From Callorhinchus milii (lineage: Eukaryota), in NCBI RefSeq assembly GCF_018977255.1, contig NW_024704742.1, forward strand, positions 50,532,001 to 50,596,000: a stretch of 64,000 nt of DNA, written 5' to 3'. Position numbers and translations under genes: made by a program. Numbering within the stretch: position 1 is the stretch's first letter; each line of letters begins with the position of its first letter. The notes below the pieces were generated by a model. The model was not told where the DNA came from. It worked only from the letters and a program-made list of their open reading frames with translations, and made no database searches. This document shows positions 12,341-24,886 of the stretch, one piece after another.

Positions 12341-15139
12341 TACCCCCTGTTACATTCATTTGTGACTCCCTTACTGCGTATTACTACCTTATAGTTTCCT
12401 CCTAGCTACACATTATTCTTTTTATATGCAATATATATTTATTATTACATATAATGCTGTATCTTAAAAAATTCAAAAGGAAACAAGGTATGAACAAATT
12501 TTGTACCAATAAAAGGACATACATGCAATTTTCCTCTTAACAAAAGTAGCCCTTTTGTGTAAAGATGAACAATCTTCAAATGTACTAAACACCACAATGG
12601 TTGTTCCCTCCCTTGCTGTGTGGCATTACTATTTGTATTGACATTTGATTTCATTCACCAGGAGAAATTATTGCTGCTTTGTAGATAGGAATTGAGTGCA
12701 TCAGCACTTACAATTGAACCCATGCCTAAAGCCGTAGTGAGTGGTTCAGTCTGCGGTACGATGAGGAAAATCGCAGCGTATCATTTTACCGTATCAGCAA
12801 GCTTTCTGTCCAGTAACATGGAGTAGCCTCAATGGTAGCTCTGCGGTCAGCTATCTTTTATGCAGAAAAAGAATAACAACTTGCATTTATATAGTGCCCC
12901 TCATGCAGTGTAGCATCCCAGAGTGCATAGCACAAGGACATGAAGCCTAAAGGAAAGCCAAGATGTGGGTAAAGATTACAAAAGGTTTTTTTTAAAATGC
13001 GTTGTTTAAAACTCAATGAGTCAGAAACATATAACCATATGTGAAAGAGTGAAACTGATCACATTACCAATGTGCAATTGTCATAATTATTTTAAAATAT
13101 TCAATTAGGCTGCAAATACTGTCCTAAAAAACAATATTCATTGAGACAATATTTACTTTCACTGGAGAATGATTAATGATAATTTTTCAAAAGCTTTGGC
13201 ATTTTGTTTTCATTAGAATTGCAAAAAAAAGTCTTTCACTTTCCATTATGTTGCACGGTTCACAGCACCAAATTATTATCCTGCAAAATATGAGCCATGA
13301 GGAGTATTTGCTGCAGTCTAGATGGTGATTGTGTGTGGCATTGTAATATGCATTGTACTGCTATTGATCCAGATCATCAAATTGAAATTGGCAAGTAAAT
13401 ACACAGACAGCTGTTTGTGTTTAAAGGATTTTCAGTGGGCACTAAGTCCAGTAAATAAAAATCAGATAAAGCTAAATAGAATTCTTAAAAGGTTGCATTT
13501 TTTTTATATATCTGCATACACATTATTTTATCTCAACAATGCAGAAAGTGAGTATCTATTGGAGTAAATTTTAGTTGTGTAAGTTGCAAGATCTACATTG
13601 TTTTTTGCAAAGGCTTTAGTTCCTGACTACAAAAAAATAAACTTATAACAATTTCTAGACACAGAATGTATGTACACCAACCACATGCATGTTCTCTATT
13701 CAGATGTTGTGGCATTTTCGTTAGGTTCCTTCATATGCTCCTGCAAGAATTGAAAGAAGCATTGCCTTAGGTTGAAATTTACTGTACAGAAAGAGGCCAT
13801 TCAGCCCAATATGTTTGCACTGGCTGTCAGAGCAAGCTGCACTTTCAATTCCACTGCCCTGCCCTATCCCCACACCCTTTCAAGCTTCAAGCCTCCACAT
13901 GAGACTAATTGTCAAAGCTTTATAATAATCATTATGGCATTTGAAAGCCAAAAACAAGTTTGATACTCACTTGCTCTCATTCATTTTCTTTTTTCTCTCC
14001 CATTGCTGCTAAAATCAAATGCCAGAAGTTGTATTTATAGTTGAGTTGCAAATCTGCATTTGAATCAAACCATGTACTCAAGTACAGATGTACTCTTACT
14101 TAATCTGATTTTAAATTTATGGGTTCGGTTGACTTGAAGTGGTTACAGGCAATTTGTGTTTAGCTGTTAGAAAGAGCCGATGCAAATCCCGTCTTTGGCC
14201 AGGTAAATTAATACTTCCGTATCTATAACTGAAGCAACTCCGTCAATGGACGTATAGATAGCTTGGTACAGGAGGTAAATTATCTTGAAGAAAGAATAGC
14301 TATTATTTGGAACTGACCTAGTCTGTCACCCATCATACTGGTTAGATCTTCAGCTGCAGAAACCAGTGCAATAGTATTGGGGCTACAGCAGCAAAGTCAG
14401 TTAGACTGGGACTTAGTTTACTACAATCAAAAGACATAATTAAAATTTTGAGAATACAAAAGTTGAGAAATGATTAGTCACATTGTGAAATCTCCATATG
14501 AATGAACGGGCAATTCGTGTTCCTTTACACTCCAGGAGGCTGGAACAAATAATGCTTACTTGTATGATAGTGAAGAAGAAAATGGTATCCTCAGGAAATA
14601 TTCTGAAAATAGAGGAGAACATTGTGGAATCTAATCAGTCAAAATTGGATGTAGAATCCATTTATGTTCACAGCTTGCCTGTCAGCTTCATAAAGTAGGC
14701 AACAAAGTCACCTCAGTGTCAAAAAGTTGTAGGTCATGGCTTAAGTCCATTAGACCATGCTGGCACTCCAAAACAATGGCAAACTCTGCGGATTTAATTG
14801 GTTAGACTCTAGCAATACCCCAACGCACACTCTGGGATCCCTAAGCCTTGGCTTTTGCCAACCTGCGCTTCATACTTTCCAGAATTGGGTAAGCAGAATG
14901 CATCTCTCTCCCATTACTGCCATGTGCATATCATTCCAACAATCTATCTCTGGGATTTTCACATGCAGGTGGGATGCACAAAAATCTCAGCTTGGTTTGG
15001 ACACTCTTAAACATGGTGAAGGGAGTCCGCATATGTCAGACGCCTGGTTGACCAAAAAATCCTCCAATCAGTACTGGGGGGGCGCTGTATTGTCGGAAGT
15101 GCAATTTCTTGTAAATGAAACCTCATGTGGGTTCTAGCA

Positions 15140-16017
15140 GATTCAAAGTCTGTCAGATATCAAGTCCTGGATGAGAGCTAAATTTTTACAGTTGAAAGTC
15201 AACAAGACCGAGGCTCACCTGATTGGCTCTCGTCAGCGCCTCAAAAGTTCAAGCACTGGCAGCATCACCATCCAAGGATGCACACTCCATCTCAGTGATC
15301 CACTCCGGAACTTTGGCATCTTGTTTGACCCTCAACTATCCTTTCTACCCCACATCCATGCCATGACCCGCTTTGCCTTCCGCCACCTCCACAACACTCC
15401 CCGGCTCCTCCACTGTCTCACCACAGACCGCCGAAACCCTCATATACGCATTCATAATATCGAGGCTTGACTTCACAAACTCCCTGCTTGTCGGCCTCCC
15501 CAACTCTTCCCTCCGTAGGCTGCAGATCATCCAGAACTTTCCTCTCCCATACCAGGCTCTGTGACCCTATCACCCCCATCCTCTCCCAACTCCATTGGCT
15601 TCCCATCACACAGAAGATACAGTTCAAGATCCGGGTCCTCACCTTCAAAGCCCTCCATGGCCTTGCTCCCCCCTATTTCCGCAAACTCCTAACCCCCTAC
15701 CAACCTGCGGGTTCCAGCCTGCTCCACGTCCCCCACCTCGCCTGCCCCATCATTGACAAGAGGGCCTTCAGCCACTCTGCTCCCACCTTTTAGAACTCCA
15801 TGCCCCAGCCACTCCGTCTCGCCCCCTCCCTTATTCCTTCAAGACCCGTCTCAAGACCCTCCTCTTTCACCAGACCTTCAGTCACCCTTCTTCCCCACCT
15901 TGCCCTCCACCCTCCCCGATCCCGAGCCCCAGCTCAGGTCCGAAACACTGACTGTTCAGTGCCTTGGGACATCCTCCCGACATGAAGTGTGCTATACAAA
16001 TGTAATTTTGTTGTTGA
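15140..16017 (+). mobile_element. L2 LINE 3' end (frameshifted)
   Basis: WMRAKFLQLKVNKTE; AFIISRLDF; LHWLPITQKIQFK; TTG tail. Confidence 0.92.
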
Positions 16018-17829
16018 AGTATGACACACGACAAACGACTGTAAGGGCTACTACTGTTGAAGAAATTCTTGATAAATGATTTTGCAACATTTTGTAATTG
16101 CTGAGATCAATAAATTCTTTAGTTCAATGCTTTCTATATTTAACCCTGAATACTTAACCATACAATTATTTATTTGCCATTTTCTTCTTCTCAAGCTTAA
16201 AAGCTCGACTGAGTATGTTTCCTTGAGCACCATTGTCACAAATGTGTGACCATTCAACAGAAAGTCACCTTGTGCCATTCCCTCCTTCCAAAGAGAGAAA
16301 AGATAGAGTTCTACATAACTGGGAACTAGTGCAGCTCAACTAACTGAAGCAGCAGATATGTGTGGCCAGGAGACTGCTATACTGTTTCTGACACTGGGCC
16401 AATCACAGCAGTCATTCCTTTCTCATTTCCAGTAATATGGCACACTCCAGTTTGTTGCACACAACTAGGTTAATCCTGCCCACAAGATGAAAAGTTAGAT
16501 GTTATGAACAGCACAATATTGGGCATCAGACACAGTCTCAAAATGCTCCAGGGATGACATGGTCATTAAAGTTTGAATAATTCCTGTTGTAATTGTTCCC
16601 TCAGTGATCAAGCTGCTGAATATTTCACACAAGAGAAATATTGGATCAGCTAGATAGTGGCATGCATCCAAGTATAAGTTATGAAAAGTATGGCCACTGT
16701 GGAACATTTGCAGACTTTTAAAGTTGTAGCATGATTTTACTGCTGAGCCCTGGATTTCCTTCAGTTATTTGGTTAACCGGATGTCAGTGATCTGCAGAAA
16801 TCCATTACCATCTTTCCTCTGGGAGGGTATGCAATCAATGTTTGAATAATGCCATGGGATATTTAATGTCCACCTGAACATGCAGGCAGAACCTTAGCTT
16901 AATATCTCATCTGAAGGACAACTGTGACAATGCAGTGCTCCCCCAACACTGGAGTATTAGTCCAGACTGTGAGTTCAAAGTTCCAACACAAACCCACAAA
17001 CATCTGAATATGTAGAAATCTAAGAAACGGATTACCAATCCTGCCAACAGATTGACTTGATTCCAATATTCCATTACCAAGCACGGTACCTTGGAGCCAG
17101 CTCAGCCCCAAGAGACCCCCAATTACCTCCCCTACACAGTCTAGCTCATCGGCAGAACTTGGAGGGGCAGTGCAGTCACTGAGAGATGGATTCTTCTGAC
17201 TCAGTTTCTGTTATCCCTGCAAGCCAAAGCCCTGATGGTATATTGTTGCTAATTGAATAAGCAGGGGGAAGCCTGCCATACAGTACTCTCAAACTAGGTA
17301 GTTTTAGCTGGTTAAACTCTGGAGTCCCCAAGCCTTGGCTCTTTCTAGCCTATGCCTATTGTTCTCTGGAATTAGGTAAGCAGGGTACATCCTTCCAGTG
17401 CCCTTCCATTCCAGACACAGGGAAATGCAATGTGTAAGTGGCATATTTAGGAGGAAATGGAAACTCTAAATTATGGTGATGAGTTCTGCATGTGTCAGAC
17501 ACCCAGCTTACCAAAACAAAGACATTTCAAATTTGATTTGTTGCCTCATCTTTAATTAGACTGCAATTAGGGTCAATTTAGCAATAGATTTAGCATTTAT
17601 TATGTTTAATTATGGTTTTACATTTTTATACAAGCCAAAATTACTTTTGTTTTCATTTAGAATACAGGTACTTGCAGTTCTGTTTGCTCTCTGTTACTTG
17701 AGCAACATGTTCCTGATGGCTGCTAAGTCTCTGTATGGAAGCTACATGTACATGTGTTCACCTGCAAATACACTAGTTGACTTACAGCAGTTTTTTAAAA
17801 AAATTCTGTGGTAAATATTGTCTTTTAGT

Positions 17830-19190
17830 GTTCTCAGTTATTCAATTCTTTTCCTTAGTCACAGGATTTCACTCAAACCATCCAAGATCTAAACCAACAC
17901 AGATCTCCTCCTAAAATCCTTCCTCCTCCCATCTTCCATTTCTTTCCTCTGTACAACTCCCAAAGTCATAAATCTAAGTGATATTTCTAATCCATTAAAT
18001 AATGCATACAATTTTTTTTTTAAACCATCATTTATTTCTTATTAAATTCTGTTTATTGGACCTTTAGCAATTTTCCAAGAATCCTTACTTTGCCTTCTGC
18101 ATGAATAATCATTGTCTATTAGTGTTAATATATTTTGCAATTATCATACATATAATATTTTCCTCATTATATTTCATCAATCAGCTCCCATTTACATTCG
18201 TAGACAACATTCAGTATACACAAATGTTTTATCTTCAAATATTTCTACACACATGCAATACTCTAAAATTAGTGGTGCCTATCCCCATTCCTAAAGAAAA
18301 ATTCTCAACACAAATTATACAAATTGAATAATAATAATCCACTGCAGGCAGAAAAAAATCCCCCAAACAAAAAAATCTCTCGTGCAAACAAACAGAAAAT
18401 TATTGGAAATAGAAAACCGGCAGCTACTCCCCCACATAGAAGCTAGAAAAGCCCAGATACAAGGAATAATGCTTTATTGAAACTCCTCTTACTAGATTGT
18501 TATTGTATAAATTACATAAAAAATTAATGGGAATTTATTACAAGACCATAAGATTTGCCTACTTTTACATCACCCACTTGCCCTGTTTGGCTACCCAGAA
18601 CCAGATCAAGTACTGAATTGTTTTTTGTTGAACTTCTGATACATTTAGATACATTCTAATAATAATAATAATAATCGTTGCATTTGATATAGCACTTTTC
18701 ACGTCTTCTAGATGTCGCACAGCGCTTCACAGAATATACTGTAAAGTGAATTGACTCTATATTTGTGGGCGAAACGCGGCAGCCAATTGTGCACAGCAGT
18801 GTCCCACAAAGAGTCATGGATTGAAGTGACCAATTTATTATTGTTCTTTTTTCTTGAGGGATTATTATTAGGTGTGTGGAGTAAGGAAACTTGCCCAAGG
18901 TTTCGCCCTACCGGAAATCGAACCAAGGTCTCTCGCTTGCAAGGCAAGAGCTCTAACCACTAACCTACAAGACTCCAGAATCCTTCCCCCGTCTTGACTA
19001 CAAATATTTGCATTATCCCAGTCAACCCTGGGATCACTAAAAGTCTAGTAACAATGACAATTGTACAAGTCCCTTTCCAGTAATGAGATGCAGTCCTTAA
19101 CAAGGGCACCTCTCCTCCCTTCTCAATCTATCCTGAATTTTGTTTGCTATCTGTGGAAAGACGTTAGATGAGCCAAACAATTTTTTTTTC
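17830..19190 (-). mobile_element. Old CR1 endonuclease-region relic
   Basis: VLDLVLGSQTGQVGDVKVG (~18615-18555) and DPRVDWD (~19035-19015) resemble CR1 EN motifs. Confidence 0.55.
18657..18976 (-). mobile_element. Full-length SINE, same family, inserted in a CR1 relic
   Basis: Reverse complement of the 40904-41229 element. Confidence 0.92.
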
Positions 19191-21199
19191 CTCCTACTTA
19201 TTCTTAAGGAATTTTAATAAAGATTAAATATCTGTTCCCCAAATTATAGTTAATTCACTAGGTGCATTCGAATTTGATTTAAAATTAATTCCTACTGAAC
19301 TTTTTATTATTTTCTTATAAAATGATTCTTGTGGTTGATGAATGTGTAAGGTTTGGTTCATTGGGGCTTCGGTGCCTATATTGCTTCTTTCATTCGTAAT
19401 CATAGGCTTCATTTAATATTTAAACTGTAATGAATAAAGAAGTCATGTATTACTACTGAATAATGCAAGATTGCATTAAGTGTAAGACAAATTATTTTCG
19501 CATGGCATCAATACGATCACAATTTTCCTTTCTAGGCTGTCATTAAATGCTCAGGTTTGTTTCTACGCATTTAAAACTGTAGTAGGTTTTAACGTTTTAT
19601 ATATTTATTCTTAAAAGTTTTAACAAAATGAATGTGCATAGTATAAATTATGGAAGTGCAAGGATTATCATACTTTTACTGTAATTTCATGTGGATCATT
19701 TTCTTTATATACTAAGCTGTTGATAACTCGTTATTCCGAGGGAAAGGGGCTCAGGAATGGAGAGTTAGGCATATATATATATATATATAGATAAATAAAT
19801 GTGGCTAGGATATTGATGGTATGATGACGTAAGTGGTAGTGACAAGCTAAGACAGGTTTGAGTTATCTGAGGAATTAATTTTATGTGTATTCTACTTAAG
19901 TCAGTAAAATTTTCTGGTGTTGCTGCTTCAAATTTGTTTGTATAAAGATGGTGGATTATATATTTTTTGGTCAGTCAGCTGTCTGGCACATGTGGAAACC
20001 CATCACCAGAGTGTCCAAACCAAACTGAGAATTCTGTGCACCCCACCTATAGATGGATTATATGAAATGAATCAAAATTGAGTGTGAATTGCTGGACATG
20101 GAATACTAGATTAAGCAGCAAATTCATCATGAAGGGGACAACATTTCCATTCAGTCATTACCTGTTGTTGAAATTTTTAATTTCTTGAATTCTTGGGTCT
20201 TAAATATTATTTACAGATTTCAAAATATCCACATTTCTTTCATGTGCGATATAGATTTGCCTTTCGTTAAGTTTCAATCGCTAAATGCTGTAAGGTAAAA
20301 TTAGACATACAAAATCAAGCTATATTCACTCTAGATTGGCTTTTATCTGTAAGTTCTCATTGGACCAAGTTCAGACATATTAGGGTTGCAAACAGCTGAT
20401 GTTAAACCAATGCACCATCATCGAACATCCCATGCCATTGGGATGTGGAACACCCTGTCAAGTAAAGTGATAGAAGCAGAATCCATTGTGGGTTTCAAAA
20501 GGGAAGTAGGCAGGTATATTCAAGGCTTGAAGCGTAGGGAGAAGGTAAGGCAATGGGATTGAATGAACACCTTGCTGTGAGATGTAGTGCAGACTCTATG
20601 AGACGGATGTCCTTCTTTACTCTAAATTTCTATGATAAGGAATGTTAAGCAATCTAAAATATTCTTAATCAATCTCAAATTATGTCTTTAATTTCAAAGT
20701 TGAAATGTTTGTTGGTCAGAAAAGTAAACAGCTGTGCTACTGTGGGCTAAGGAAAAGAAAATTGTAGGTTCAGTGGTACCTCACTATTCCGGTCACTCAA
20801 GTGACTGGGCAAAAGTGACCTACTCAGTGAGGTGACCTGATTACTGAAATAGGTCGGGTGATTCAGGTCACTGATGTAATGTTAAGGGCATTAGTAAAGG
20901 GCAAGGGTGATGAACATTCAACAACCATACTTTGCAATCTCATCAAAAGCATGGTCACATTTAAAACAATAGCTGTCATGTATTCAGCCTTTCTTTCGAG
21001 AATGCGTCCAACTTGTGTTCTGCCAATGCTATAGATCACAGCTAACTATCTATGACTTTTGCTCTCACTGTTTTTGATTATGGCCACTCTATCACGTAAA
21101 GACAACGCCTTTCGTGGTGGCATGTTTACAACACTTATCAACAGTCACTAAATCAAAACAATGTACACACTAACCATGTGCTCTGAATACAGCACTTAC

Positions 21200-21580
21200 C
21201 AAGAAATGGCCGCAGGAGCTCAGGTTAGACCACAGGAGTCGGGCGAAGTTGATTTTCCACTCACACCGCTTCTGCAATCTGAACACTCCCCGCGCCAGCA
21301 CGACCGGAGCCCACTCCGCCCACAGAAGCAGTGCTGAGGAAACAGCGCGAGAAGCCCGAGGCCTAGCACACAGTAACCTATAGCAGAGGTGGGTGTTTGT
21401 ACTGCGTTTGAAGAGGAGAGCGCTGTAACGGCTGGAATCAATGACTGTTGTCCTGAATAGTGAGGTGCCCGGTTTACTGAAGCAGACAGACTATCTTTTA
21501 ACATTGACAATGAAAGAGACTGTGAAAATGTGTCCGCAATTGTGATGTGGCTGGATAGCTGAGGTGACCGCACACCGGGT
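21200..21580 (-). promoter_or_regulatory. Small CpG-rich promoter / first exon of the minus-strand decayed gene
   Basis: CpG cluster in AT-rich background; GC box; two minus-strand consensus donors, GTGAGT (21264-21259) and GTAAGT (21199-21194); partial RFX X-box GTAACCTATAGCAGA 21373-21387. Confidence 0.6.
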
Positions 21581-23034
21581 TTCTACTGTAATCTCTCTGT
21601 TCCATGGACTATTCTCCAGCATTTTTTTCACAGGTATCAGGTTGAAAATGTCACTTGTTCCATCGTTTCATTCAACTAAGTTTTAGATATTCATAATAGC
21701 AGCTGGGATTTCAGCATTTCCTGTTTCTCCTGGTGTCCTGGCCAACAATTCCCTAAATAAAATTGGTCACTCACTTCATATCTGTTTGTGGGACAAATTG
21801 GCTGCTGCATTCACCCACAAAATATAGTCACACCACTTTACAATATATCCTTTGATGAACTTTTAAATGCAAGACGCTGTATGAAATGCAAGGAATATCA
21901 TCATCAGCCCAGGGATGGTGTATGATAAGGGAGACTGAAAACAGAACTACATTGAAAATCCAAGAGGAAATTCCATTCCCTATCAAATAACAGGTCATGA
22001 ATCAAAGCAGACGTATGTAGTAAATTCTATTGCATTCATACATTAACCTTCAGAATATCTTTTTGTAAAAAAAAGCCATCTCTTCCCCCCACATTATTCC
22101 TCTGGTTGAGTTAGTTTTATTTTAATTTCTAAATAATTCTGCTTATTGTATTTATAATTTGTATCTAGTTTATGAAAGCTGCGCCAAAACAAATCTTTTC
22201 AGATATATTATAATTTAACAATCTCCAGATTGGAGATTATGGATTAGATAACCATTTTATTTTTAAAAACAATTTTATTTTTTCCCCCCAACGGAGAACT
22301 GCAAATCATTCAAACACATTGCTAAATTAGTAGGGGAGTTGTGAAGAGGACAGCAAGTTATTACTGAATGATTCAACTAATTATCATTTAATGCCTGCTG
22401 TCATAACAATATCTGAAATCACACTGATTTTTTTCCCCAAGTAGGAGAATAATGTCAATTGGATTGAGTTGTTTATGCAATGGTTTATGGTGCAGCAAAA
22501 ACTATTTTAAAAGATTGAAAGGTCATGCAAGAAAAATAAAAGGTTGCACAATGGTACCCTGAAACTTCTTTGCCAAAGCTTCTGAAATTTTTGCCTTAGA
22601 GACAAGTGTTTAAATGGGTTAGAACGTTGTCCTTAACTTCTGGAAATTGAGTTTGCATCCTACAAATTTGTCATTCTGAATTGCCTCTTCTTATAGGCTG
22701 GAAAAATTCTAAGTGAATTTGTGCAGTCGCAAACTACTTTTTAGCCAATGCACACCATGGCATAAAGCTGTTAATTAATTTAGTACATTAAGAACTCATG
22801 ATATACTAAGTGAGAAAGTTCATGATAGCAATGAGGTTGGAGGTAAGGTACATTGTTAAAGCAGATCAAAAAGAAGTTTTATTCTGCAACTGCATCTGTC
22901 CTGAGAGTAATCCAAAGGTAACCGATAATAACCTAGCTAATGCATTTGTCAGCGATTAAATTGCTTAATTTAAATTGTAAGATAAAATGGTCTTACAGGC
23001 TAAAACTAGGTGGAGTTTCGGATCTCAGTATTCA

Positions 23035-23336
23035 TGTAGCTCAGTGGTTTAGAGCATTCGCTTTGCAAGTGAGAGACCTGAGTTCAATTCCAGACAGGGC
23101 TAAACCTTGGGCAAGTTTCCTTACTCCACACCTAATAATCCCTCCAAAACCAAAACCAAAAATTGGTCACTTCAATCCACAACTGTTTGTGGGACACTGC
23201 TGTGCGCAATTGGCTGCCACGTTTCGCCCACAAATATACAGTCAATTCACTTTACAGTATATTCTGTGAAGCGCTTTGGGACGTCTAGAAGACGTGAAAA
23301 GCGCTATATCAGAATGCAAGTATTATTATTAATAAT
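23035..23336 (+). mobile_element. Near full-length SINE, same family
   Basis: tRNA head, core and tail present. Confidence 0.92.
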
Positions 23337-23790
23337 GGAAGAACGCAATTGAAAGCTAAGTATTGGAACAGGTTCAAGCCAAAAGAGAAAACTCATTCTC
23401 AAACTGGCCTCCAAGCAAATTGTTTAGAATACACTGGAAAAAGCCTCCCTGCTTTCTCAGATATAGACATGAAAAGCACTGTATCAAATGCAAGGATTAT
23501 TATTTTATTATTCTAATTTTTTCATTTGATATAGCATCTGATCACATCTTTGAGATGTCTCAAAGCGCTACACGGAATATACTGTAAAGTGAATTGACTG
23601 TATATTTTGCGTGCAAAATGTGGCAGCTAATTGCAGATGCAGGTAATGTACAATCCAGAGAGAAAGGAGTACTTAACAAAACAGAGATTTTCAAAAGCAA
23701 ACACAAATGTAGATTGCACTGCTTTAATTTCATTTAACTTAGCCCTCCTGATTAAACAACATGATAGTATAATCACATATTTAGAGATAT

Positions 23791-23881
23791 ATAGCATATT
23801 GAACACTGTTTAAACATGGTGTTTATTAACAGCAGCATACATAGCATATCAAATACTGTTTAAACATGGTGTTTATTAACA
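23791..23881. repeat. Local tandem duplication, period 50 nt
   Basis: ATAGCATAT..AA.ACTGTTTAAACATGGTGTTTATTAACA at 23791 and 23841. Confidence 0.9.
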
Positions 23882-24247
23882 TAAAGGTATGGAAATGAAG
23901 AAACCTCTAATTTATAATAGGTAAAAAATGGAAAATGTTATGAAAAAATAAATAATAATGCTTGCATTTGATATAGTATCATTCACGTCAAGAGGATGTC
24001 TGAAAGGACGTTTCACAGCATATATAGTAAAATGCAGTGACTATTATGTGGACGAATGAAGCAACAATAAAGTATAAATGATAACCTTTGCATTTGATAT
24101 AGCACCTTATCACATCATCCAGATGTTTCAAAGCACTTCACAGGATATATTATAAAATGTAGTGACTGTGGGCGAGGCGCAGCAGTTAGTTTACACAGTA
24201 ATGTCCCACAAACAGCCATGGAGTGAGTGACAAATTTTATCTTTATG

Positions 24248-24886
24248 TATGCAGGTACAGCAAGCAATTAGGAAGGCTAAAAGCATGTTAGCGTTTATTG
24301 CAAAGGGGTTAGAGTACAAGAATAGAGAAGTCTTACTGCAATTGTATAGGGCCTTGGTGAGACAGCACCTGGAATATTGTGTGCAATTTTGGTCGTCTTA
24401 TCTAAGAAAGGATATACTCGCCTTAGAGTAGGTTTCACTAGGTTGGTTCCTGGGATGAGGGGGTTGACCTACAAGGAGAGGTTGAGTAAACTAGGCCTAT
24501 ATTCGCTAGAATATAAAATTAGAGGGATCTTATAGAAACCTATAAGATTCTTAAGGGTCTTGACAGGGGAGATGTTTCCCCAGCTCACACTACTAGTGGT
24601 CAGTCTCAGGATTAAAGGTCAGCCCTTTAGAACTGAGTTCAGAAAACATTTCTTCACTCAGAGGGCAGTGAAGTTATGGAATTCTCTGCCCCAAAAGGCT
24701 GTGGATACCCAGTCATTGAACATATTCAAGACTGAGATCAATAGATTGTTAAAAACTAAAGAAAATAAGGGATTTGGGGATAGGGCAGGTAAATGGAATT
24801 AGGTTAGAAGATCAGCCATGATCTTATTAAATGGCGGGGCAGGCTTGAGAGGCCGAATGGCCTACTCCTGCTTCTTATGTTCTTAT
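24248..24886 (+). mobile_element. CR1-clade LINE 3' end
   Basis: LYRALVRQHLEYCVQFWSSYLRKDILALE; FRKHFFTQRAVKLWNSLP; tail GGCCGAATGGCCTACTCCTGCTTCTTATGTTCTTAT. Confidence 0.93.

Larger units (their letters stand above)
6270..20287 (-). pseudogene. Decayed multi-exon gene for an unidentified large protein, fragmented by SINE/LINE insertions
   Basis: Nearly all non-repeat segments give protein-like minus-strand peptides with scattered stops and frameshifts (e.g. GYSMLLDRKLADTVK*YAAIFLIVPQTEPLTTALGMGSIVSADALNSYL; VTNTLDYGGFLHLLSSDLCWKECACIREDKIKVLCNAP; IISHCFKAIADLRSSIGESMFQAAMKDPNIMDW); GT-AG intron 8341-8528; no homolog recognised. Confidence 0.72.

Noticed and set aside
14560..14602. 43-nt minus-strand segment with strong acceptor and donor
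   Set aside because: It lies inside a longer protein-like frame that continues on both sides; probably cryptic sites, though a lncRNA could use them.
23528..24235. Repeated CTTGCATTTGATATAG units suggesting a CRISPR-like or tandem array (also 53000-53130)
   Set aside because: Clustered SINE 3' tails with irregular spacing in a vertebrate genome; no cas genes.
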